Shown piece after piece: positions 18,448 to 28,034 of a stretch of DNA of 41,406 nt (positions are counted from its first letter, which is position 1; each line of letters begins with the position of its first letter). The position numbers were made by a program, and so were the translations under genes. Source of the DNA: an uncultured Acidobacteriota bacterium (lineage in GTDB: Bacteria > Acidobacteriota > Vicinamibacteria > Marinacidobacterales > Marinacidobacteraceae). The DNA is taken from contig CAYGAO010000001.1 in NCBI GenBank assembly GCA_964347715.1, positions 1-41,406 of the forward strand, read 5' to 3'. Below the pieces are notes generated by a model, which saw only the letters and a program-made list of their open reading frames with translations, made no database searches and had not been told where the DNA came from.

Positions 18448-19081
18448 GCGCGGCGGGCTCCGCCCGGGTGGCCACGGCGCCGGGATTCCGCATCCCGACC
18501 TGCTCGACCAGAGCACCGAAGAAGGCATCGAACGGCTGCGACATCGCCCGAATCGTCGCATCGGCGCCGAAGTCCACCTCGACGAGCAGGAAGTCCTCGA
18601 CGGTCCCGGTCGTCCACGAGGGCGGTCGGCGCCCGGACAGCAGCGTCAGCCGCTCCCGAAGCAGCTGGCGCCAGGTCGAGCCGCGTCTCGCGGAGGGGTG
18701 GTCTTCCGCAGTGTCGAAGATCACGACATATCCGATCACGATCTCGGGCGAGTGGAGCTGGGCGTTCGCGACCTCGCCGATCAGGTCGTCGATCCGGTTC
18801 GGAACCGCCCCGCCGAGGTTCCTCAGGATCGACTTCAGGGAGATCGCCAAACGGTACTTTCCGTCGTGGCGCCACCCCACATCCCACCTCTTCGGCCGAC
18901 CGGCGCCGGGAATCGAAGCCTCCTTCGTGGCCTCCGGCAGTCCGCGCTCGGTGAGTTCCTGGACGCAGAAGTCCGCCAGCAGGTCGAGCCGCGCGGTCGA
19001 GGCCGTCTTCCGCTCGGTGATGGCGATTCGATACAGATCGGAGACGGCCGCCTGGGCGGTGATCGCGCCGCGCCGGTTCAC
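18434..19081 (-). CDS. Putative type II restriction endonuclease (specificity unknown)
   Basis: GTG 19081 overlaps the methylase stop (GTGA). PD-(D/E)xK-like segment WDVGW...RLAISLKSILRNLGGAVPNRIDDLIGE. It lies immediately downstream of a DNA methyltransferase. Confidence 0.6.
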   Translation of the reverse strand: MNRRGAITAQAAVSDLYRIAITERKTASTARLDLLADFCVQELTERGLPEATKEASIPGAGRPKRWDVGWRHDGKYRLAISLKSILRNLGGAVPNRIDDLIGEVANAQLHSPEIVIGYVVIFDTAEDHPSARRGSTWRQLLRERLTLLSGRRPPSWTTGTVEDFLLVEVDFGADATIRAMSQPFDAFFGALVEQVGMRNPGAVATRAEPAAHVRT

Positions 19082-19968
19082 GCCGTCGCCGGCCGGGCGG
19101 CGTCGATCTCGCCGGCGGTCACTTCGGCGCCGGTGAACAGCCGGGCGGTCTCGGCGCGCAACCGGGTCAGACCCTGTTCGTGGTACGTCGGATCGACCTC
19201 GATGCCGATGCTGTTTCGGCCGCAGGCGGCCGCGGCGACCTGGGTGGACGCAGTTCCGGTGAAGGGATCGAGCACCGTATCCCCGACGAAACTGAACATC
19301 CGGATGAGGCGATCGGCCAGCGTGACCGGATAGGGGGCGGGGTGGTGGCGGGTGGACGCGCCGGGGATGTCGTCCCAGACCTGCCGGAACAGCGCGCGGA
19401 AGCTCTCCTGCGGCAGCAGGCTGAGCGTGCGCGCCGCGAGGCTCGGCCGCCGGTAGCCGCCCGGTTTCCGCTGCATCAGGATGAACTCGACATCGTTCTT
19501 GATGACCGCGTTCGGCTCGTAGGGCTTGCCGAGGAAGCCGCCGGTTCCGCGTTCCACCTCGTGGACCGCGTTCGCGATCTTGTGCCAGAGGATCGGCGTC
19601 AGGTTGTCGAACCCGAGCGATCGGCAGCGTTCCTGGATCGAGGCGTGGAGCGGGACCACGGTGTGCCGGCCTCCGTTCTGGCGCCGCGACAGACAGACAT
19701 CGCCGACCACGGAGATGAGCCGCCCGCCCGGAACCAGCGCCCGGCGGCACACCCTCCAGACCGCATCGAGCTGGTCCAGGAACTCCCCGTAGTCGGAGAT
19801 CCCCCCCAGCTGGCCAGGACTTCGCCGGTACTCCTTCAGCGTCCAGTACGGCGGAGAGGTGAGCACCAGGTGGACCGACCCCTCCGGGAGCGACGCCTCG
19901 CGGGAGTCCCCGAGCAAGAGCCGGTGGCGGGTCGGCACCCGCGCCACGGCGGCGCGGATCGCCGCCAT
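19078..19968 (-). CDS. DNA methyltransferase, N4/N6 beta-class (SPPY motif)
   Basis: LLLGDSRE..., catalytic LVLTSPPYWTLKEY, and AdoMet motif VLDPFTGTASTQVAAAACGRNSIGIEV. ATG 19968 has AAGGA 10 nt upstream. The alternative GTG 20100 overlaps the lolA stop. Confidence 0.85.
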   Translation of the reverse strand: MAAIRAAVARVPTRHRLLLGDSREASLPEGSVHLVLTSPPYWTLKEYRRSPGQLGGISDYGEFLDQLDAVWRVCRRALVPGGRLISVVGDVCLSRRQNGGRHTVVPLHASIQERCRSLGFDNLTPILWHKIANAVHEVERGTGGFLGKPYEPNAVIKNDVEFILMQRKPGGYRRPSLAARTLSLLPQESFRALFRQVWDDIPGASTRHHPAPYPVTLADRLIRMFSFVGDTVLDPFTGTASTQVAAAACGRNSIGIEVDPTYHEQGLTRLRAETARLFTGAEVTAGEIDAARPATA

Positions 19969-20096
19969 CGCCGACGGATCCTTCGCGATCCGCGGCAGGT
20001 CTCGCGCCGGATCGGCGAGCCGCGCGACGGCCTCGGGAACGAACGATGCGATCCCGCCGTCGGCCCTCGCGCCGGCGCCGGGCCGCCCCGGGGGGC

Positions 20097-20813
20097 TCAC
20101 TCGCGGAGTTCCGCAGCCGTCACCACTTCGGTCCCCGGAGGGATCCGGAAGCGGAAGAGCGAGTCGGGCGGCATCTCCCCGGAGCGAAGCCCGGTGAACC
20201 GGAAGGTCGTGCGGTTTCCTTCCGGATCCTCCGACTCGATCCGGTGGATCCTGCCGCTCTCCGCTTCGACGACGAGCGCGAGCGACTGGATCTCTCCGCC
20301 GGGTTCGCGCGGAATCAGCGAGACGGTGCGGAATCCGGGCGCGGCATCCCCCTCGCCGAGAAGCGCGTCGAAGTGGTCGAGGATCGCCCGGCTTCCGGTC
20401 AGGAATTCGAGCGGGTTCAGCGCGCCCGCCGCGGCAGCCCCGCCGGCGCCGGCGAAGCTGCCGACGATCACCTGGCGATCCGCCGGGACATGGAACCAGG
20501 TGGCCACGCCGTCGCTCACGAAGGTCTTCGGCTCCGGGATCTCGTAGTCCCAGCGCATCCGGTTCGGCTGCTTCACGGTGAGTCGTCCCGCCTCGACCCG
20601 TTCGCGCCCGAAGATCCGGGGCTGGAAGCGCTGCTCGAAGCGGGCCTCGAAGTGGGGCAGCGATCCGTGGTAGGCGCTGATCCGCTCGATCAGGGCGCGG
20701 GCCTCGGGATCGTCCGGGGGAGGGGCGGGGGAAGCCCCGAGGAGCACCGGAACGGCCCCGGCGAGCGCCACCGTCCAGCCGGCGCGGGCCGGAATCCGTG
20801 TGCGTGGCCGCAT
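20097..20813 (-). CDS. lolA: Outer-membrane lipoprotein carrier LolA
   Basis: Signal peptide, then FEARFEQRFQPRIFGRERVEAGRLTVKQPNRMRWDY...TFVSDG..W. Confidence 0.85.
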   Translation of the reverse strand: MRPRTRIPARAGWTVALAGAVPVLLGASPAPPPDDPEARALIERISAYHGSLPHFEARFEQRFQPRIFGRERVEAGRLTVKQPNRMRWDYEIPEPKTFVSDGVATWFHVPADRQVIVGSFAGAGGAAAAGALNPLEFLTGSRAILDHFDALLGEGDAAPGFRTVSLIPREPGGEIQSLALVVEAESGRIHRIESEDPEGNRTTFRFTGLRSGEMPPDSLFRFRIPPGTEVVTAAELRE

Positions 20814-20859
20814 GATCTCGAGGTCCCCGGGAGCGATCTGCTGCGGGCGATTCCTCCGG

Positions 20860-20935
20860 TGGTGGACGGCACGGGGTTCGAACCCGTGACCTCGGCATTG
20901 CGAACGCCGCGCTCTCCCAGCTGAGCTAGCCGCCC
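20860..20935 (-). tRNA. tRNA-Ala (anticodon CGC), CCA encoded
   Basis: Hand-folded cloverleaf. Acceptor stem GGGCGGC/GCCGTCC with G3:U70. D arm GCTCAGCTGGGAGAGC. Anticodon loop TTCGCAA. T arm ACGGGTTCGAACCCCGT. Confidence 0.93.
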
Positions 20936-20963
20936 CCCGGTGGGCTTTCCCGAAGACGAAATG

Positions 20964-22049
20964 CTAACTCGCGGGGCTCTCGCCACGCCGGAGCGCGTGA
21001 TCCGCGAGCACGAGGCACGCCATGGCCTCGACGATGGGCGCCGCGCGCGGGAGGACGCAGGGGTCGTGGCGCCCCCCGGCGGCGAGGGTGACCTCCTTGC
21101 CCCCGGAGTCCACGGTCCGCTGCGGGCGCCGGATCGTCGAGGGGGGCTTGAAGGCGACCCGGAAGACGATCGGCATCCCGGTCGAGATGCCGCCGAGCAC
21201 CCCTCCGGCGCGGTTCGTCTCGGTGGCGACGCGCCCCCCCCGGGCGACGAAGCGGTCGTTGTGCTCGCTGCCGAAGAGCTCGGTCCCGGCGAACCCCGAG
21301 CCGATCTCGAAGCCCTTGCTCGCGTTGATCGCGAGCATCGCCTTCGCGAGGTCGCTCTCGAGCTTGTCGAAGACGGGTTCCCCGAGGCCGACCGGGACGC
21401 CGAGCAGGGCGCACTCGACGACCCCGCCGACGGAATCGCCCGCGTCCCGGGCGCTCCCGATGAGCGCCGCCATCCGCGCGGCGGCGCCCTGGTCGGGGCA
21501 GCGCACCGGGTTCCGGTCCACCTCGGCGCGCGTCACCCGCTCGGGATCCACTTCGGCCTCGAGGTCGCGGACGCGCTTCACCCAGGCCGTGCACGAGACC
21601 CCGAAGCGCTCGGCGAGGAAGACCCGCGCCACCGCTCCGGCGGCGACATGCGCCACGGTCACGCGCGCCGAGGAGCGGCCGCCGCCGCCCGGATCCCGGA
21701 TCCCGTATTTCGCCGCGAAGGTGTAGTCCGCGTGCCCCGGCCGGTACACCGTTCGGAGTTCCTCGTAGTCCTCGGGCCGCTGGTCGCGGTTCCGGACGAC
21801 CATCGCGATCGGATGTCCGGTGGTGCGCCCCGAGATCGTCCCGGACTGGATCTCGACGCGGTCCGCTTCGGAACGCGAGGTGGTGAGCCGGCTCTGACCC
21901 GGGCGGCGGCGGTCCAGATCGCGCTGCACATCCGCCGCGGTCAGGGGCAGGCGCGGCGGGCAGCCGTCCACCACGACGCCGATCGCCGGCCCGTGGGATT
22001 CGCCCCAGGCGGTGACCCGGAACGCCTGTCCGAGGGTGCTACCGGGCAT
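20964..22049 (-). CDS. aroC: Chorismate synthase
   Basis: [46 protein letters not shown]. Confidence 0.95.
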   Translation of the reverse strand: MPGSTLGQAFRVTAWGESHGPAIGVVVDGCPPRLPLTAADVQRDLDRRRPGQSRLTTSRSEADRVEIQSGTISGRTTGHPIAMVVRNRDQRPEDYEELRTVYRPGHADYTFAAKYGIRDPGGGGRSSARVTVAHVAAGAVARVFLAERFGVSCTAWVKRVRDLEAEVDPERVTRAEVDRNPVRCPDQGAAARMAALIGSARDAGDSVGGVVECALLGVPVGLGEPVFDKLESDLAKAMLAINASKGFEIGSGFAGTELFGSEHNDRFVARGGRVATETNRAGGVLGGISTGMPIVFRVAFKPPSTIRRPQRTVDSGGKEVTLAAGGRHDPCVLPRAAPIVEAMACLVLADHALRRGESPAS

Positions 22050-24090
22050 CGGCGGCGAGGCGCGCCGCCTCGGTCATCGCGGCGACGGGAGGGGGCCGCC
22101 CGGTCCAGCGCGCGAACGAGGCGGCCGCCTGGTGGATCAGCATCCGGAGCCCCGGCGCCACCCGCTTCCCGAGCTCGCCGGCGCGCCGGAGCAGCGCGGT
22201 CGGGCGCGGTCGGACCACGAGGTCGAAGACGACCTCGTGGCCGGCGATCGCGGCGTCCGGGGCCGGGCAGGCGTCGCTGCCCGGCGCCATCCCCACCGGG
22301 GTGGCGTTCACCAGGATGTCGCCCGTGGCGCGACCGAGATCGGCGAACCGGCGCCAGCCGACCCCGAACTCCCCGGCGAGTTCCCGGGCGCGGTCGTCGC
22401 GGCGGGCGATCACGACGACCTCCGCGTCCGCCCCGGCGAGCCCGCACACCACCGCCCGCGCCGATCCGCCGGCGCCGAGGACGGTGGCGCGACGCCCGGC
22501 GAGGGGGGTCACCTCCCGGAGCGCCTGTACTGCCCCCGCCCGGTCCGTGTTCGCGCCGACGAGCCTGTCTTCCACCGCGACGATCGTATTCACGGCGCCG
22601 ATGCGCCGGGCTTCGGGGTCGAGCGCGTCGAGCAGCGGGATCACCGCGGTCTTGTGGGGGATCGTCACGTTCAGCCCCCGGATTCCGGCGAGCCGGGCCG
22701 CCGCCAGGAACTCGGCGAGCTCTTCCGGCGGGACCGGGAACGGCAGGTAGGCGGCGTCGAGCCCCAGCCGCCGGAACGCCGCCTCATGCATCGGCGGGCT
22801 CAGACTCTGGCGAATCGGGGATCCGACCACGCCGTACACCGGGACGGGGGCGAACAGCCCGCGCCCCCAGCGACGGTGGCGCGCGCGGATCGCGCCCGCC
22901 GTCAGCTGGCCGGAGGCCACCGCCGGGAGCCGGTCCGGCGGGGCGTAGGTCGTAACGGAGGCGCCCGCCGATCCCGCGATCACCCGGAGCGGGATACCGG
23001 GCCGGCCCATCGCGATCCCGATGAACCGCGAGCCGGCGGCGGCCTCGCGCCGGATCAGCCGGTACACCCGCCGGACCCCGGCCGCCCCCGAGGCGCGGAC
23101 CGCGACCTTCCGGGTGTGGGGGCGCATCGCCGCCATCCGCGCCGGAATCCCCTCCAGGTCGCGCGGGACGCCGTCCTGGTCGTGGAACGAGGCGATCAGT
23201 CGGGCGCCGGGGGCCGCTCTCCGGATCCGGGCGGCCGCCCGCCCGCCGCTCTCCCGGTCCGCCTCGGACTCCAGGTCCAGATATCCGGCGCCGAGCCGTC
23301 CGGCCTCGGCGAGCAGCCCGATTCGCTCCGCCTCCGCTCCGGCGTGGAGCCCCCCCTCGCTCCGGCGCCGGACGGTCACGATCAGTCGGGCGAGGAGCGG
23401 CGGGGGCGCCCCGGCGAGGATCGCCGCGAGCGCCTCCCGCGTGGGATCCCGCAGGGAGTCGAAGCGGAGCTCGACGAGATCGTCCGGCCCGGCCTCGGCG
23501 TTCGCCCGCTCGAGCCCCGAGCGCGCCTCGGCCGCCGTGGCTCCGGAGACCACGAGAGCGAGCCGAGGGCCGAAGTGCAGTGCCCGGAGCCGATCCGCAG
23601 CTTCCCCGGCGGCGTCGCTCCAGACATCCGCGTCCGCCGCTTCCCGGTAGAGGGGAGTCCGCCTCGCGAGCGCCGTCGCCGCTTCCTCCCCGGCGGGGAT
23701 CCCCGGAAGCGGCGGGCGGGCGGCGCGCTGTTCCGGCCGGGCGAGCCGCTCGGTCAGGACCGCGAGCGGCGCGCGGACCCAGTACACGGCGCCGAGCGCC
23801 CGCAGGCGAGGGAGGTTCTCCGGGCGCTCCACGATGCCGCCGCCGCAGTCCACCACGAGCCGGGTCCCCGAGATCGCCGCGAGCGCCGCGCTCTCTTCCT
23901 CGCGGAACCGCTCCCACCCGAACCGTTCCACGAACTCCGGGATCGGGCCGAGCCGCTCGGCGAGCGTCTCGTCGAGGCTGACGCGCGTCCAGCCCACCGC
24001 CGCCGCGAGCCGCCGGGCCGCGCGGCTCTTCCCCGAGGCGCGCGCGCCGACGAGGACGAGGTTCGGGAATTCCCCGGGCGGGCACATCAT
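22039..24090 (-). CDS. aroKDE: Trifunctional shikimate kinase / type I 3-dehydroquinate dehydratase / shikimate dehydrogenase fusion
   Basis: ATG 24090. The N-terminal domain is shikimate kinase ([16 protein letters not shown]). The middle domain is DHQase I (LIASFHD, RKVAVRA, IGIAMG). The C-terminal domain is SDH ([34 protein letters not shown]). Confidence 0.85.
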   Translation of the reverse strand: MMCPPGEFPNLVLVGARASGKSRAARRLAAAVGWTRVSLDETLAERLGPIPEFVERFGWERFREEESAALAAISGTRLVVDCGGGIVERPENLPRLRALGAVYWVRAPLAVLTERLARPEQRAARPPLPGIPAGEEAATALARRTPLYREAADADVWSDAAGEAADRLRALHFGPRLALVVSGATAAEARSGLERANAEAGPDDLVELRFDSLRDPTREALAAILAGAPPPLLARLIVTVRRRSEGGLHAGAEAERIGLLAEAGRLGAGYLDLESEADRESGGRAAARIRRAAPGARLIASFHDQDGVPRDLEGIPARMAAMRPHTRKVAVRASGAAGVRRVYRLIRREAAAGSRFIGIAMGRPGIPLRVIAGSAGASVTTYAPPDRLPAVASGQLTAGAIRARHRRWGRGLFAPVPVYGVVGSPIRQSLSPPMHEAAFRRLGLDAAYLPFPVPPEELAEFLAAARLAGIRGLNVTIPHKTAVIPLLDALDPEARRIGAVNTIVAVEDRLVGANTDRAGAVQALREVTPLAGRRATVLGAGGSARAVVCGLAGADAEVVVIARRDDRARELAGEFGVGWRRFADLGRATGDILVNATPVGMAPGSDACPAPDAAIAGHEVVFDLVVRPRPTALLRRAGELGKRVAPGLRMLIHQAAASFARWTGRPPPVAAMTEAARLAADAR

Positions 24091-24299
24091 CAGCCTGTGG
24101 ATAAAGGGCCCCGCCTGGGAATCCGTCCTCGAAGAGATGGGGAACCCGGTCGTCCGGGGGGAAGCGGGGCGCTTTCCCCACCGGATGGCGGCCCGAATCG
24201 CTGGCGCGATCCGTTCCGCCCGCTTTCGCGGGGAGGGCGGACCCTCCCCGGCGGCGCTTCGCGCCGCATCGGCGCGCGAGGGACTTTCTCCACCGCCTG
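24091..24299 (-). mobile_element. MITE-like structured repeat, copy 3 (complete, 209 bp)
   Basis: It occupies exactly the space between the aroA stop (24300) and the aroKDE start (24090). My hand alignment to copy 2 gives about 20 mismatches and no gaps. Flanks are TCAT and TCAA. Confidence 0.9.
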
Positions 24300-25595
24300 T
24301 CAACGCCCGGGGTCCCCGGAGACGCGCGCGCCGAGTCCGGCGAGCGCTCCCCAGAACCCCGGATACGACTTCCGCACCACTTCGGGAGTCGCGATCCGCA
24401 CTCCGGCGACCCGGATCCCGACGAGCGCGAGCGCCATGGCGATCCGGTGGTCCCCGCGGGGGTCCAGCTCCGCCGCCCGGAGCGTCGCCGGGGCGATCCG
24501 CATCCCGGAGTCCCCGGCGGAGACGCGCCCGCCGAGGCGCGAGAGTCCCTCGGCGAGCGCCGCGATCCGGTCGCTCTCCTTCAGCCGCAGATGGCCGATT
24601 CCGGAGATCCGCGTCGGCGTCCGGGCGAAGGAGGCGATCGCGGCGAGGTTCGGGACGGCGTCGGGCATCGAGCCCATCTCGACCTCCACGCCGCGGAGGC
24701 GCCGGGGGCCCCGGACGGTGACCCGCGCGCCGGCGTCCGCGCGCGCTTCGCCCACCTCGCAGCCCATCCGGGCCAGCACCTCGGGAAACCGCCGCTCCCC
24801 CTGCGGCGATCCGGGGTCGAGCCCGGAGACGGTGACCGTCCCCGGGGCGAGCGCCGCCGCCGCGAACCAGGTCGAGGCGGCCGTCCAGTCACCCGAGACC
24901 CGGTGGACGCCGGGCCGGTAGCGCGCCCCGGCGCCGATCCCGAAGGATCGCGCCCCCTCGCGCCGGACCCGGACCCCGCAGCGGGCCATCACCGAGACGG
25001 TGAGGTCGAGATAGGGGGCGGACACCGGCTCGCCGGCGAGCTCGACCGCGACGGCGCCCCGGGCCCGGGGCGCGGCGAGCAGCAGCGCGCTCGCGAACTG
25101 GCTGCTCTCCCCGGCGGCGACCCGGACCCTCCCGCCCCGGAGCGTCCCGGAGCGCACCCGGACCGGGGCGTGGCCCGCCGTGGTCTCCACCTCGGCGCCG
25201 AGCTGTTCGAGCGCCTCGACGAGCCCGGAGATCGGTCGCTCGGGGATCCGCCCGCTCCCCCGGATCGAGACCGTCGCCGGCAGCGTCGCCGCCGCCGCGG
25301 TCAGGAACCGGAGCAGCGTCCCCGATTCGCCCACCGAGACCGAGACCTCGGAACCGGCCGGGTGGTCGGCGAAGCCGCGCACCCGGGTCTCGTCGCCGTC
25401 GCTCTCGATCCGGGCGCCGAGGGCGCCCAGCGCCTCGGCCGCGGCGCGGAGGTCGTCGTTTTCGGGGATCCCGAGGATGCGGCTCTCCCCCCCGGTGAGC
25501 GCCGCCGCGAGGAGGAGCCGGTTCGCCTCGTACTTGCTGCCGGGGGGCGTCACCGACGCCCGGATCGGGCCGGGCGCGGGGCCGATCCCGATCAC
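24300..25595 (-). CDS. aroA: 3-phosphoshikimate 1-carboxyvinyltransferase (EPSP synthase)
   Basis: GTG 25595. VTPPGSKYEANRLLLAAAL, and C-terminal LKESDRI, DHRIAMA. Confidence 0.92.
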   Translation of the reverse strand: MIGIGPAPGPIRASVTPPGSKYEANRLLLAAALTGGESRILGIPENDDLRAAAEALGALGARIESDGDETRVRGFADHPAGSEVSVSVGESGTLLRFLTAAAATLPATVSIRGSGRIPERPISGLVEALEQLGAEVETTAGHAPVRVRSGTLRGGRVRVAAGESSQFASALLLAAPRARGAVAVELAGEPVSAPYLDLTVSVMARCGVRVRREGARSFGIGAGARYRPGVHRVSGDWTAASTWFAAAALAPGTVTVSGLDPGSPQGERRFPEVLARMGCEVGEARADAGARVTVRGPRRLRGVEVEMGSMPDAVPNLAAIASFARTPTRISGIGHLRLKESDRIAALAEGLSRLGGRVSAGDSGMRIAPATLRAAELDPRGDHRIAMALALVGIRVAGVRIATPEVVRKSYPGFWGALAGLGARVSGDPGR

Positions 25596-25603
25596 GGCCC
25601 GAG

Positions 25604-25813
25604 CCGGCGGTGGTGAAAGTCCCCCGGGGCGCAGACGCGGCGCGGAGCGCCGCCGGGGAGGGTTCCCCCTCCCCGCGAAAGACGGTGGGGCGAATCGCGG
25701 AAGCGATTCGCCCCACCTGCCCGTGGGAAGAGTGCCCCGCATCCCCGAATCGGGTTGGATTCCGGTTCCCTTCCCGAAGCGGTGCGGATGCGGGGGACTT
25801 TTTCCACGGGCTG
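25604..25813 (+). mobile_element. MITE-like structured repeat, copy 4 (complete, divergent subfamily, 210 bp)
   Basis: It has the same order of hairpins as the other copies. The termini are near-perfect inverted repeats: GGTGGTGAAAGTCCCCC and GGGGGACTTTTTCCACGGG. The inner stem is changed in a compensatory way (GGTGGGG...CCCCACC). Confidence 0.85.
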
Positions 25814-25818
25814 CTGGC

Positions 25819-26931
25819 TCAGAGCCCGATGCGGGCGAGCCCGGAGGCCACGACCGGCGACGGCAGCGGGAAGGACACCACCGCTCGTCCCCCGTCGCTC
25901 TCCTGCCGCGCGCTGCCGATCGCCCGCAGCACGACGAACCGGGGCTCGCCACCGCGCGCCTTCTTGTCGCTCGCCATCGCGCGCACCACGGCGGCGCGGT
26001 CCATCCCGCCTCCGGCGCGGCGGGGCAGCCCGAGCGACGCGACCGCGGCCTCGAGCCGCGCCTCCGCCGTGGCGGCGAGGAAGCCCGCCTCCCGCGCCAT
26101 CCGGCTCTCCGCGATCATCCCGATCGCCACCGCGGCGCCGTGGGGGAGCCGGTAGCCGGACGCGCGCTCGAGCCCGTGGCCGACGGTGTGCCCGAAGTTC
26201 AGCACCTCGCGGAGCCCGGCTTCGTGCTCGTCCGCCCGGACCACCGCGGCCTTGATCCGGACGCTCGCCGCGATCAGCCGGGTGAGCGCCGCGTCCTCGC
26301 CGGCGAGGAGCTTCTCGACGCTTCCCTCGATCTCGGCGAAGAACGCCCGGTCGCTGGTCGCGGCCATCTTGAGCGCCTCGGCGAGCCCGTTCCGGAGCTC
26401 GGCCTCCGGAAGCGTGGCGAGGAGCGCGGTTTCGGCGAGCACCGCCGCCGGCTGGCGGATCACCCCGATCCGGTTCTTCCCGTGCCCGGTGTTCACCCCG
26501 ACCTTCCCCCCGACCGACGCATCCACCGCGGCGAGAAGCGTCGTCGGCGCGGCCACGAAGGGCACCCCCCGCAGCCAGGTCGCGGCGACGAAGCCGGCCA
26601 GGTCCGTCGCCACCCCGCCGCCGAAACCGAGGATCACGGTGTCCCGCCCGAGGCGGAGCGATGCGAGCTCGTCCTCGAGGCGTTCCTTCTCGGCCCGGGT
26701 CTTCGTCTCCTCGCCGGAAGGAACCTCGAGGACCGGGGTCTTCGCCGGGAGCACGGAGGCGAGGCGCTCCCGGTGGAAGCCGAGCGCCCCGGCGTCGGCG
26801 ATGACGGCCACCCGGCGCCCGCCGAAGCGCCCGGCGAGCAGCGCCGGCAGCGCGTCGAGCGCCGCCGGCCCGACGAGGATCTCGTAGGCGGTGTCCCGCC
26901 CCGGTGTCTCGACCGGGACGCGGGTCGTCAC
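25819..26931 (-). CDS. aroB: 3-dehydroquinate synthase
   Basis: GTG 26931 overlaps the DAHPS stop (GTGA). LGFGGGVATDLAGFVAATWLRGVPFVAAPTTLLA.VDASVGGK, NFGHTVGH. Confidence 0.93.
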   Translation of the reverse strand: MTTRVPVETPGRDTAYEILVGPAALDALPALLAGRFGGRRVAVIADAGALGFHRERLASVLPAKTPVLEVPSGEETKTRAEKERLEDELASLRLGRDTVILGFGGGVATDLAGFVAATWLRGVPFVAAPTTLLAAVDASVGGKVGVNTGHGKNRIGVIRQPAAVLAETALLATLPEAELRNGLAEALKMAATSDRAFFAEIEGSVEKLLAGEDAALTRLIAASVRIKAAVVRADEHEAGLREVLNFGHTVGHGLERASGYRLPHGAAVAIGMIAESRMAREAGFLAATAEARLEAAVASLGLPRRAGGGMDRAAVVRAMASDKKARGGEPRFVVLRAIGSARQESDGGRAVVSFPLPSPVVASGLARIGL

Positions 26932-28034
26932 GCCGGTTCCGGCGCCGGGACCCCTCCCGCCGACGCGACGGCGAGACTCTCCGCGCCACCCTCGAGCACC
27001 CCCCGCCCGAGCGCGCCCCCGAGTCTGCGGAGATCCGTCAGCAGGTTCGCGAACTGATGCGGATAGAGCGACTGGTCGCCGTCGCTCAGCGCCACCGAGG
27101 GGTCCGGGTGCACCTCGACGATCAGGCCGTCGGCGCCGGCGGCGACCGCGGCGAGCGCGAGCGGCGGGACGAGCGTCTTGTTGCCGGCGCTGTGGCTCGG
27201 GTCGGCGATCACCGGCAGGTGCGTCTCCTGCTTCAGCACCGCGATCGCCCCCACATCGAGCGTGTTCCGGTAGGCGGTCTCGAAGGTGCGGATCCCGCGC
27301 TCGCAGAGGATGACCTGCTCGTTGCCCTGGAGGATGTACTCGGCGGCGAGCAGGAACTCGCGGATCGTGTTCGCCATCCCGCGCTTCAGGATGACCGGGA
27401 TGTCGATCCGCGCCGCCTCCCGGAGGAGGTCGAAGTTCTGCATGTTCCGGGCGCCGATCCGCACCACATCCACGAGCTCGGCGGCCGGGGCCAGGTCGCG
27501 CAGGTCCATGACCTCGGTCTCGACGAGCATCCCGGTGCGCTCGCGGATCCGCTTCAGGATCTCGAGCCCGGGCGCGCCGAGCCCCTGGAACGAGTAGGGG
27601 GAGGTGCGCGGCTTGAACGCCGAGGCGCGCATGATCTCGAGGCCGAGATCCCGGAGCATGAGCGCCGAGGCGAGACCCTGCTCCTCGCTCTCGAGCGCGC
27701 AGGGGCCGCCGACGATCACGAGGTCGGAGCTCCCGAGCTCCTGGCTGCCGATCCGGATGCGGGTGCTCGCCTTCCGGTGGGTCTTGTTCGCGAGCCGGTA
27801 GGGCTTCGCGAGCCCGTAGACCTGCTCGACCCCGGGCTGGGTGCGCCAGAACGCCTCGGTCTCGCCGGAGAGATCCCCGAGCACATGGATCTGCGACCGG
27901 TCCTCGCCCCGGTAGATCGCCCGGTCGAGCGCCTTGTCCTCGATAAGGCGGATGAGATGCGAGATGTCCTGCTCGCTGGCCCACGGGTGCAGGATGAGCA
28001 CCATGGTGGCGGGCTCGAGGGGCGGCGTCATCAC
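26928..28034 (-). CDS. aroF: DAHP synthase, type I-beta, with N-terminal ferredoxin-like/ACT regulatory domain
   Basis: [56 protein letters not shown]. Confidence 0.9.
   Translation of the reverse strand: MMTPPLEPATMVLILHPWASEQDISHLIRLIEDKALDRAIYRGEDRSQIHVLGDLSGETEAFWRTQPGVEQVYGLAKPYRLANKTHRKASTRIRIGSQELGSSDLVIVGGPCALESEEQGLASALMLRDLGLEIMRASAFKPRTSPYSFQGLGAPGLEILKRIRERTGMLVETEVMDLRDLAPAAELVDVVRIGARNMQNFDLLREAARIDIPVILKRGMANTIREFLLAAEYILQGNEQVILCERGIRTFETAYRNTLDVGAIAVLKQETHLPVIADPSHSAGNKTLVPPLALAAVAAGADGLIVEVHPDPSVALSDGDQSLYPHQFANLLTDLRRLGGALGRGVLEGGAESLAVASAGGVPAPEPA

Noticed and set aside
24300-25952. N-terminal extensions of aroA (to 25952), aroB (to 27984), pgpH (from 1426), the creatininase-family gene (from 37364) and the AAA+ gene (from 38972) suggested by the ORF track.
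   Set aside because: The extensions read through repeat elements, overlap upstream genes, or give non-protein-like sequence. Family-typical N-termini and coupled start codons lie at the shorter coordinates.
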